Positions 15,540 to 22,771 of a DNA stretch of 24,000 bases are shown piece by piece. This DNA comes from Promethearchaeota archaeon (GTDB taxonomy: Archaea > Asgardarchaeota > Lokiarchaeia > Sigyniarchaeales > Promethearchaeaceae): NCBI GenBank assembly GCA_004524545.1, contig SDNX01000012.1:11281-35280 (forward strand). The letters run 5' to 3'. The notes beneath the pieces are model-generated. The model did not search any database. It was not told where the DNA came from and worked only from the letters and a program-made list of their open reading frames with translations. The translations under genes and the position numbers were made by a program. Each line of letters opens with the position of its first letter. Positions within the stretch are counted from its first letter, which is position 1.

Positions 15540-16100
15540 CTAGTCGTATTTATATCCCCCAGTATCAGATTCTACTTCTACTCCTAATCCTAACACGATT
15601 CGATTCACAAAATTAAAGTAACTGATTACTAGTGTCGCATCTAATATTTCCCTATCTGTAGTTCCCAACTCTTTTAACTGATCCATGAGAGCATTCACTT
15701 CCATGCTAGCGGGAAATAAAGTCATTGTGTAAGCCAAGTCACAAAGCAACTTGTCCTTTGGTGGGAGCTCTACCTTGGTGTAATCCTCTCGTAATAATTG
15801 GACCTTCTCTTCATCTCGCCACAAGTGTTTCAGAGCTTCTCCATGGTGCACCTGGCAATATTTACATTTATTTGCTTCCGAGACCACCACCGCGATCATT
15901 TCCCGTTGAGCTCGATGGAGCGGAGATTTATTAAACATAATTGTCAGATATAGCTGAACATGATCCAGCATGGATTGGGGATTAAGACTGTGGATTTTGT
16001 GTATTTCCGCAAGTTTTCCACGTTTCTGAATTACTTCATCGTATACCTGCTTTAATTCACCCTCTGCTTCGTCATAGTCGATTATTTTGATCCTTGGCAT
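15540..16100 (-). CDS. Carboxymuconolactone decarboxylase (AhpD-like) family, 'peroxidase-related enzyme' subgroup
   Basis: From Met38 the product reads MPRIKIIDYDEAEGELKQVYDEV...HSLNP...REMIAVVVSEANKCKYCQVHHGEAL...ISYFNFVNRIVLGLGVE...GYKY. This matches my recollection of the TIGR01926-type CMD family with the C-x-x-C-x-x-H motif. The track ORF start at 16211 overlaps porB and translates an AT-rich intergenic stretch, so I place the start at 16100. Confidence 0.8.
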   Translation of the reverse strand: MPRIKIIDYDEAEGELKQVYDEVIQKRGKLAEIHKIHSLNPQSMLDHVQLYLTIMFNKSPLHRAQREMIAVVVSEANKCKYCQVHHGEALKHLWRDEEKVQLLREDYTKVELPPKDKLLCDLAYTMTLFPASMEVNALMDQLKELGTTDREILDATLVISYFNFVNRIVLGLGVEVESDTGGYKYD

Positions 16101-16164
16101 ACCAAAAACTAGAAGTGGAAAAATAAAAATATAGAGAATAAAAAATAGAAAGAAAGTAGGAATT

Positions 16165-17079
16165 TTAACAGGAAACGCGTTTATTGATGGTTTCCCAGGT
16201 ATCATTGACATATTTTTTAATTTCTTGTAGCTGGGAGGGATTTAACTTGCGGAATCGACGCTGGGGAGTGAGATACTCTTCTAAAGGTTTTCGTTTTGTT
16301 GGATCCACCAATCGTTTGCTTTCCTTGGATAATTCCATTTTTCCGTGGATAATCTCATACATAGGCCAGAAACCGGTTTTCACTGCCAATCGTCCAATTT
16401 CGATAGTTAATTTATTATCAAATCCCCATCCAGGAGGACATGGAGCGAGAACATGAATATAACGCAATCCTTGACCTTTCATTTCTTTCGCTTTCACAAA
16501 TTTAGCATATAAATCTTGAGGATACGATGCACATGCGGTTGCAATATAACTGAGACCATGGGCTTCCATAATCATCCCCATATTCTTCTTGTGTTCCAAT
16601 TTACCGTTTATCGGGGTTGTTGTTGTGATTGCGCCAAAAGGTGTGGAACCACTGCGCTGTATTCCAGTATTCATGTAGGCTTCATTATCATAGCAGCAGT
16701 AAATCATATCGGTGTTTCTTTCGGCAGCTCCACTTAAACCTTGAATTCCGATATCAACCGTACCTCCGTCTCCCGCGATGGCTAATACAGTAACTTCTTT
16801 GTCTTTTCCTAAGTTTTTCAGTGAGGCTACAATTCCTGAAGCAGACGCTGCAACAGTCTCGAAAGTGGTATTTAGAACGGGAACTTTAACCGGAGTCGCT
16901 CCTTGCATTCCGTGAACGACCGTCATACAAGATGCAGGAACAGTAACGATTGTTTTAGGACCAAGAGCCTTTAAAATGAATCTATAAGCTAATTGAGGTG
17001 CACAACTTGGGCATAATCTTGTTCCTGGGAGTATCATTTCTTCTTCAGGTAAATCCATGATTTTAACAGGTTTGAACAT
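16165..17079 (-). CDS. porB: 2-oxoacid (probably pyruvate):ferredoxin oxidoreductase, beta subunit (TPP-binding)
   Basis: 304 aa. The TPP motif is AIAGDGGTVDIGIQGLSGAAERNTDMIYCCYDNEAYMNTGIQRS. It also has an N-terminal Cys pair (CPSC) and sits in operon context with the alpha, delta and gamma subunits. Confidence 0.9.
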   Translation of the reverse strand: MFKPVKIMDLPEEEMILPGTRLCPSCAPQLAYRFILKALGPKTIVTVPASCMTVVHGMQGATPVKVPVLNTTFETVAASASGIVASLKNLGKDKEVTVLAIAGDGGTVDIGIQGLSGAAERNTDMIYCCYDNEAYMNTGIQRSGSTPFGAITTTTPINGKLEHKKNMGMIMEAHGLSYIATACASYPQDLYAKFVKAKEMKGQGLRYIHVLAPCPPGWGFDNKLTIEIGRLAVKTGFWPMYEIIHGKMELSKESKRLVDPTKRKPLEEYLTPQRRFRKLNPSQLQEIKKYVNDTWETINKRVSC

Positions 17080-17080
17080 C

Positions 17081-18337
17081 CTAATATCCTCCCTCCCGTT
17101 TGAGAAATTCGAGTTTGTCCAACTCTAATCCAATATAATCGGTCTCAATAAGATTCTCGTTTACACTTTCCATCGCTAATGCATCTTTAACCCCTTTCGC
17201 GATCTGTTGGTAGGTGATGTCGCGTCCGCCCAGTCCAACAATATATCCTTTGATGTCAGGTTGAGTGGAACTCTTATAAAGCGCGGCTTTCAACTCATAG
17301 GATAACACTCCTTCATATCCATAGCCAATTTCACGATCGAATACGACCACATTAGATACATTTTTGAATGCTTTGCGCAAATCTTCAATCGGGAAAGGGC
17401 GGAATACTTTCAAACTAACTAGACCTGCCTTAACTCCTTGCTCACGCAGATAATCTACCGCTAATCTTGATTCAGATGCGACCGACATCACTGCAAATAT
17501 TGCCACTTCTGCATCTTCCATTCGATAGGTTTTGTAGATCCCGTTCCCATATGATCTTCCAAAGATCTCACAAAATTCTTTATGAACTTTCTTAATTTCG
17601 GGCAAAGAACGTTCAAGAGATCGTTGTATGGCAAATTTGTATTCAAAATATCCCGGAGCATGACCAAATTCATGCCGATCTGGAGGATGAGGTAAAGTTA
17701 CTGGACCAACGCCCTTCACATTATCAAAATCGGTAAGATTGATATGGTGTTTCAGAGGGGGGAGAAATTGATCTACCACTTCAATATCTTCCACTTGCAC
17801 AGGCATTTGCGTGTGACTTAATATATATCCATCATATGCACTGAATGCGGGTAAATACACGCTAGGGTCTTCCGCAACTCGATATGCCATAAGCACGGTA
17901 TCGTAAATCTCTTGATTATTCTCACTGAAAAACGTGATCCACCCGCAATCACGTGTCATGAACGCATCCGTATGATCCGTCCAGACGGACCAGGGGGCGG
18001 CAACAGCACGGGTTGCGATGCACAATACTATGGGGAGTCGAGTTCCTGCAGCCCATGGGAGTAATTCGAACATATACATTAAACCGTTAGCACTTGAGGC
18101 TGTGAAAACTCGTGAACCCGTCGCACTCGCTGCGATGACTGCGGTGATTGCAGATTGTTCACTTTCTACTTTTACAAATTGTGTCCCAGGTAGTTCCCCT
18201 GATTCTACGAATTCTGATATTTTTTCTACAACGGGGGATTGAGGGGTGATAGGATATGCAGCTACAACACCTACGCGTGCACTCTTACACGCATATGCCG
18301 CAGCATGATTCCCTTTTAACAACATTACGCGGGGCAT
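17081..18337 (-). CDS. porA: 2-oxoacid (probably pyruvate):ferredoxin oxidoreductase, alpha subunit
   Basis: 418 aa. The N-terminus GNHAAAYACKSARVGVVAAYPITPQS is typical of POR/VOR alpha subunits. It starts 13 nt inside the delta gene and ends 1 nt before porB. Confidence 0.9.
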   Translation of the reverse strand: MPRVMLLKGNHAAAYACKSARVGVVAAYPITPQSPVVEKISEFVESGELPGTQFVKVESEQSAITAVIAASATGSRVFTASSANGLMYMFELLPWAAGTRLPIVLCIATRAVAAPWSVWTDHTDAFMTRDCGWITFFSENNQEIYDTVLMAYRVAEDPSVYLPAFSAYDGYILSHTQMPVQVEDIEVVDQFLPPLKHHINLTDFDNVKGVGPVTLPHPPDRHEFGHAPGYFEYKFAIQRSLERSLPEIKKVHKEFCEIFGRSYGNGIYKTYRMEDAEVAIFAVMSVASESRLAVDYLREQGVKAGLVSLKVFRPFPIEDLRKAFKNVSNVVVFDREIGYGYEGVLSYELKAALYKSSTQPDIKGYIVGLGGRDITYQQIAKGVKDALAMESVNENLIETDYIGLELDKLEFLKREGGY

Positions 18338-18645
18338 GCTTTTGCTCCTCCTTCCTCCATTCGCTCAATGGCGTCATGCGGACATTCATTGGCACAAATC
18401 CCGCATCCTTTACAGTAATCATAGTCGATAGTGGGGGGTATCGTTCGAGATACGACTCCTTCAGGACAGTACAGCCAACATAAGTGGCAGTTGTGCGTCC
18501 CTGTCTTCACAACGATGCATTTATCCTCGTGAATTAACGGTCGCATGGTTCTCCATGTTCCAGTTTTTCCAGCTTCTCCAATTTGAGGGTACTGGATAGA
18601 TGCTAATATTTTTTTATGAGCATTAGGATAATCTTTATCTTCCAT
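18325..18645 (-). CDS. porD: 2-oxoacid:ferredoxin oxidoreductase, delta subunit (2x[4Fe-4S] ferredoxin-like)
   Basis: 106 aa with two cluster motifs, C-x2-C-x2-C-x3-CP (CKGCGICANECP) and CHLCWLYCP. It is immediately adjacent to the gamma subunit gene. Confidence 0.9.
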   Translation of the reverse strand: MEDKDYPNAHKKILASIQYPQIGEAGKTGTWRTMRPLIHEDKCIVVKTGTHNCHLCWLYCPEGVVSRTIPPTIDYDYCKGCGICANECPHDAIERMEEGGAKACPA

Positions 18646-19248
18646 TTATACAGTCCCTCCGATTTTCTTTCCTTCTCGTATATCGATATTTTCTATTGCA
18701 ATTTCTGCAACTTTAATATTCAAAGCGCTTTTTGACTCCCCTAAACTTTCTACAATTGCTTCTTTTATATGTGTTAACTCTACTCCCTTAAGAACCTTAG
18801 TCAATAAGGCAATTGAAGGAGTATTCACCATGGGAACCCCCCCCACAACCAATTTGTGTTTGAAGCATTCATGGGTAATATTGGAAACAACTACGGTTTT
18901 ATCGTCGGGAATATTGTATAAATCCACAATTTCTTGAGCGCATTTATCAGTATTCAAAACAAAAGTTCCGTTAGGTTTAATGCTTTTAATTAGGTCTTCA
19001 GTTAGAATGGTTTCATCTATGACAACTAAGATGTCCGGATTGTAGATCTGCTGCCTTGTGTAGATTGGAGAATTTGTACTTACACGAGTAAACGCATGTA
19101 CAGGAGCCCCTCGACGTTCAGTACCGAATGTAGGAAAGCTAGTGACATCTTTGAAGTTGTTACTGAGAAACGCTGCCTTAGCAAGGATTTCTGCACCTGT
19201 AACTGCTCCCAATCCGCCTCGACCGCTGACCTTAATTTCTGTGATCAT
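18646..19248 (-). CDS. porG: 2-oxoacid:ferredoxin oxidoreductase, gamma subunit
   Basis: 200 aa. The N-terminus is GRGGLGAVTGAEILAKAAF, followed by FPTFGTERRGAPV, which is typical of the gamma subunit. It is the first gene of the gamma-delta-alpha-beta operon. Confidence 0.9.
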   Translation of the reverse strand: MITEIKVSGRGGLGAVTGAEILAKAAFLSNNFKDVTSFPTFGTERRGAPVHAFTRVSTNSPIYTRQQIYNPDILVVIDETILTEDLIKSIKPNGTFVLNTDKCAQEIVDLYNIPDDKTVVVSNITHECFKHKLVVGGVPMVNTPSIALLTKVLKGVELTHIKEAIVESLGESKSALNIKVAEIAIENIDIREGKKIGGTV

Positions 19249-19284
19249 TTTAGTTTTTCATCTCATCCAATTAAAAAACAAATG

Positions 19285-19341
19285 ACTAGGATACTAGGTA
19301 GGTTGTGAGGGTTTATAAAAATTAGTTGGGAACGTGTTCCC
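19285..19341 (-). promoter_or_regulatory. por operon promoter region: TATA-like box flanked by a 14-bp perfect palindrome and a tandem ACTAGG repeat
   Basis: The minus-strand TTTTATAAAC (19311-19320) lies ~63 nt upstream of the porG ATG. The palindrome GGGAACGTGTTCCC sits at 19328-19341, immediately upstream. ACTAGG occurs at 19285-19290 and 19293-19298, near the expected transcription start. Confidence 0.4.
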
Positions 19342-19391
19342 ATCCGCATTATTAATTAAGTGTGAAATTTTGCATAGAAATAGAAATAGGA

Positions 19392-20975
19392 TCAGAATCC
19401 GTGAGATGTTTCCCCGTGTTCTGTCTTTACGGTTTTATGTTTCTTTCCTTTGAGGATCTTTAATGCAACTTTTCTTCCTCCCATAGCAGTTCCAAACACA
19501 CCCGCTCCTGATTCACTAAATTGTCCGATGAAAAACAGATTTTTAACGGGAGTTTCATAGGGTAGATTTTTTTGCCCCATAATAGGAGGAATACCCCCAA
19601 AACTATGTCGAGTTACGTTTAACCGTTTTTTAAAGTCATCAGGGGTTATGATCCACTTTGTTTCAATACTTTCATATAATCCCGGGAGTACTTTTTCCGC
19701 TTCCAGGAGAAGTTGATCTGCTAGATCTTCCCGTTGCACGGTCCAATCACCATCCCTAAGCTTGTGAGGGACAACGGTATAAATCGTAACTGCATGTTTA
19801 CCAGGAGGTGCCATCTCAGGACTATGCATGGATAAATTGTAAATTAGAAAACCATCTTTCCCTCCGTGATTTATCCCATTACGCATTTTATCAATCGCCC
19901 CTTCAATATCTGCAGTGCGATAATAATAGACTAAAGCCTTTTTTTGATATTTCTGAAAGTCTATGCTTGTTCCGACATGTACCATTAGAACTGATTCTTC
20001 GTAGAGAATATTGCCAATATGATGGATGAGATCTTCCGTTAGATGTTCTTTTCCTATTAAATTAAAAAACGTTTGTTGTGGCTCACCACTAGTTAATACA
20101 ATATCAGCATCAATTGATTCTCCATTTTCTAATTGGACACCATTACATTCTCCATTTCCCATCAGAATTTTGGTGATTTTGGAGTTTATGTGAATTTTTC
20201 CACCATGGGATTTAATGAAATCTGCAAAGAGCTTTACCAGTTCTCCACATCCATTTTTTATGTAATTGTAAGTGGGATACTTGAATCCTTTTCTCTTGTT
20301 TTCAATGGGAATTCTTTTGTCATAAACCCCCTCGGGATTAAAAATTGGGACTCCCAGTGCAGAAAATTCGCTAGGTTTCACAACCATATCTGCTAGAATG
20401 CCGAGAAATACCGTTTTGAGTTCTTCATCTTTGAAGAGGTAATCCATAAGCTGCTGTGCGGACCAATCTTTGTATTTTTTTACTTTAAGGAAGGTAAATA
20501 ACATCTGGAGTTTGGTTTTTAGGAGTGCGGTACCCTTTTGAAAGGGAATCTGATTACCATGATGCATCAACTTCATTATACTATCATGAAGGTCATAGTA
20601 TTCATCCAATCCTTTACTTTCTGATGGATATATTTTCTTTAAACGTTCTCTTCGCCAATAAGGACCTTCATATTCCTCAGGAGAATTTAAGTTATAACTT
20701 AAAAAGGATTGCCCGCGTTCCTCTCTGGTCAATGTTAGTGAATTCTCAATATCTATCCCCAATTCCTGGCAAATTTGACCTAATTTCTCATGAGGAGCTA
20801 ATCCTTCAACCAACATTGGTCCCAAATCCCAAGAATACCCATCTTGAGTTATAGTCGCCGTTACTCCCCCGATGTGGGAAAATTGTTCAAAAAGTAAAAC
20901 TTCATGTCCGTATAAAGAAAGATAGGCTCCGGCGGTTAATCCAGACATACCGGAGCCAATTATTACGATTTTCAC
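19392..20975 (-). CDS. FAD-dependent oxidoreductase of the phytoene desaturase (CrtI)/amine-oxidase superfamily
   Basis: 527 aa with a GTG start 9 nt after the upstream MFS stop. The N-terminal dinucleotide-binding motif is KIVIIGSGMSGLTAGAYLSLYGHEVLLFEQFSHIGG, and a C-terminal FAD-contact motif reads NLFFIGQFSESGAGV. The substrate cannot be inferred. Confidence 0.8.
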   Translation of the reverse strand: MKIVIIGSGMSGLTAGAYLSLYGHEVLLFEQFSHIGGVTATITQDGYSWDLGPMLVEGLAPHEKLGQICQELGIDIENSLTLTREERGQSFLSYNLNSPEEYEGPYWRRERLKKIYPSESKGLDEYYDLHDSIMKLMHHGNQIPFQKGTALLKTKLQMLFTFLKVKKYKDWSAQQLMDYLFKDEELKTVFLGILADMVVKPSEFSALGVPIFNPEGVYDKRIPIENKRKGFKYPTYNYIKNGCGELVKLFADFIKSHGGKIHINSKITKILMGNGECNGVQLENGESIDADIVLTSGEPQQTFFNLIGKEHLTEDLIHHIGNILYEESVLMVHVGTSIDFQKYQKKALVYYYRTADIEGAIDKMRNGINHGGKDGFLIYNLSMHSPEMAPPGKHAVTIYTVVPHKLRDGDWTVQREDLADQLLLEAEKVLPGLYESIETKWIITPDDFKKRLNVTRHSFGGIPPIMGQKNLPYETPVKNLFFIGQFSESGAGVFGTAMGGRKVALKILKGKKHKTVKTEHGETSHGF

Positions 20976-20984
20976 GTGACTTCA

Positions 20985-22295
20985 CTATTGCACTAATGGT
21001 TCTTCGAGCTTGGGTTTTTCCTTGGCAAACAATAAAGGAACTATCGCAAATATCACCACTGCCGCACCAACCAAATAAATCAAATAAGTTGGTGCATACC
21101 CCGGAATTCCATCTACTACAACTGGTGTTCCATATCTTCGGGAGAGAAGTCCTCCTATCGGGGAACCAATAACCATTGCAATTAAAACGTTCACAATCAG
21201 GAAATATCCGTTGAATTGTCCCGCTTTACTCTTTGGGTACAAATCACCAGCCCATGCTTGTGAAGAAATGTGCCAGGTCATCATAAAGAATACCCAAAGA
21301 ACTCCAGTGGTGATAAGAGCCCATAATTCCCCTGAATACGCAAACGCGACAAGAGAAATTGCCTCAAGTACGATAGAGGTGATAGCAACTTTTTTCCTCC
21401 CGATTTTGTCTACAAACATACCTACAGGAATGCTTAATCCCACAGAAACTAAAAGGCCAATGAACATCACTAAGGATGGCCATAAACCTGTTAGGCCGAC
21501 AGTATGCTCGAGATAAATGACTATGAACGGAAAAAATATACTAAAACTAGTTGCTTGAATTGCAATACCCGCGAGAACCAAGAAGCAATCTTTATTTTCT
21601 TTGATATGTCGTCGATCAAAGGTAGTTTTAATGTGTTCCCAAAATCCAACTTTTAAGGGCTGCAAGGTAGGGGAATCTTGCATTGAAAGACCCCCAATCA
21701 ACCCGATAATCCCTGTAGCGGCAGCCATTATGATAAAATAGTAAAAATAGGAAAGACCCGCCGCTAAAAGGAATCCTGTTGCTCCATAGATTACTAAAGT
21801 ACCAAATAAAGTCATAATTTCATTAATTGAAACGGCTTTTGCCCTGTTTTCAACAGTTGTGATATCTATAATAAACGCATTATAAGCAGCATCGTACGCA
21901 GTTGCTCCAAAGTAGCTCATCACGCAATCTACCAGAATTGCAACACCAACCGCTAGGTACACATTAAAGGGTTTGACAAATTCTGATAGAGGAAATGCCG
22001 CACTGGCAAATGCCCAACATATGAATGCCCAAATGATGAAAGATCTTCGCTTACCACGGATATCCATTATTGACCCCATAACTATGGTGGTGACCGTACT
22101 CACCACTGCGGTGATTGCAACCATCAAACTTACGTATAACGGGTCAGGAAGGATTTTATTGTAAAGATACACATTATAATATTGATTTTCAATAGCCCAT
22201 GCGATGTTTCCACCAAACGAGATGAGAAACAACGCCACATAGTTTCTCTTGGAGATTTTCTTAGGCTTACTAATTTCAGGATTTATATCACTCAT
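20985..22295 (-). CDS. MFS-type transporter (12 TM)
   Basis: 436 aa. Motif-A-like loops occur in both halves (GSIMDIRGKRRSFI and GMFVDKIGRKKVAI). GGAGGATGG lies 5 nt upstream of the ATG. Confidence 0.8.
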   Translation of the reverse strand: MSDINPEISKPKKISKRNYVALFLISFGGNIAWAIENQYYNVYLYNKILPDPLYVSLMVAITAVVSTVTTIVMGSIMDIRGKRRSFIIWAFICWAFASAAFPLSEFVKPFNVYLAVGVAILVDCVMSYFGATAYDAAYNAFIIDITTVENRAKAVSINEIMTLFGTLVIYGATGFLLAAGLSYFYYFIIMAAATGIIGLIGGLSMQDSPTLQPLKVGFWEHIKTTFDRRHIKENKDCFLVLAGIAIQATSFSIFFPFIVIYLEHTVGLTGLWPSLVMFIGLLVSVGLSIPVGMFVDKIGRKKVAITSIVLEAISLVAFAYSGELWALITTGVLWVFFMMTWHISSQAWAGDLYPKSKAGQFNGYFLIVNVLIAMVIGSPIGGLLSRRYGTPVVVDGIPGYAPTYLIYLVGAAVVIFAIVPLLFAKEKPKLEEPLVQ

Positions 22296-22389
22296 TTTCC
22301 ATCCTCCAGTTTTTTAGTTAAACTACAATCGCTGCAAATCTATAAAAAGGATTAGGAAGATGTGACTTGGGAAAAACGTCACTAAGGAT

Positions 22390-22770
22390 TTATTCTCCCT
22401 TTCTTACAATTCCCGAAAAGGAACGGAATTGATCAAAAATTCTTGCATCCCCTTCGATATGTGCAAATACATTAATTGGTGATGCTGCTTTCGGTTTTTC
22501 GTTCGTACTAACGGGAGTTCGACCCCAGAATATACAAAAACCAGATCCCGATAACCAATACCCGATATCTCCTATCTCACATTCTTCTTGCGAATTCTCG
22601 GCGCTTATGGATATAGGAATATCTACGTAGAGCTCTTCACCCCATCGGGATAAATGAAGTTCCAATGGCAATGCATCCCAAATTGCTTTACATGTTTTCG
22701 GGTTCTTATCCAGTAAGAGCTTTGCTTTAACCTGTCCGATTTTCTCATTTTCTATGATGATATATTCCAT
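22390..22770 (-). CDS. Cyclophilin-like fold protein of unknown function (PF04126-like)
   Basis: 126 aa. The pattern ...AKLLLDKNPKTCKAIWDALP...WGEELYVDIP...EIGDIGYWLSGSGFCIFWGRTP...INVFAHIEGD matches my recollection of the TM1367-type cyclophilin-like family. The start codon is 1 nt after the mutS stop. Confidence 0.6.
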   Translation of the reverse strand: MEYIIIENEKIGQVKAKLLLDKNPKTCKAIWDALPLELHLSRWGEELYVDIPISISAENSQEECEIGDIGYWLSGSGFCIFWGRTPVSTNEKPKAASPINVFAHIEGDARIFDQFRSFSGIVRKGE

Positions 22771-22771
22771 T

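Noticed and set aside
16101-16211. N-terminal 37-codon extension of the CMD-family ORF (track start 16211), which would add a hydrophobic 'TM helix'
   Set aside because: The extension overlaps the porB 3' end. Otherwise it translates an AT-rich intergenic stretch (T-runs giving FFLFFILYIFIF). The family-typical N-terminus begins at MPRIKII (16100), with a TATA-like element upstream.
9058-21516. Other short nested ORFs (9058-9267, 10911-11138, 10917-11117, 12725-12913, 12846-13046, 13165-13386, 13576-13791, 14699-14887, 15725-15934, 16184-16456, 16516-16737, 17488-17673, 18018-18242, 18256-18483, 19096-19308, 19808-20029, 20133-20396, 20525-20854, 21211-21516, also 21973-22164)
   Set aside because: Each lies inside or antisense to a confidently assigned gene (PPIase/Rio2, MFS, methyltransferase, gelsolin-like, por subunits, flavoprotein) and has no recognisable motifs.
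22362-22382. Hairpin GTGAC-N11-GTCAC downstream of the cyclophilin-like gene
   Set aside because: It has only a 5-bp stem with an 11-nt loop. The adjacent oligo-T run is sufficient to explain termination in an archaeon, so it is not reported as a structured element.
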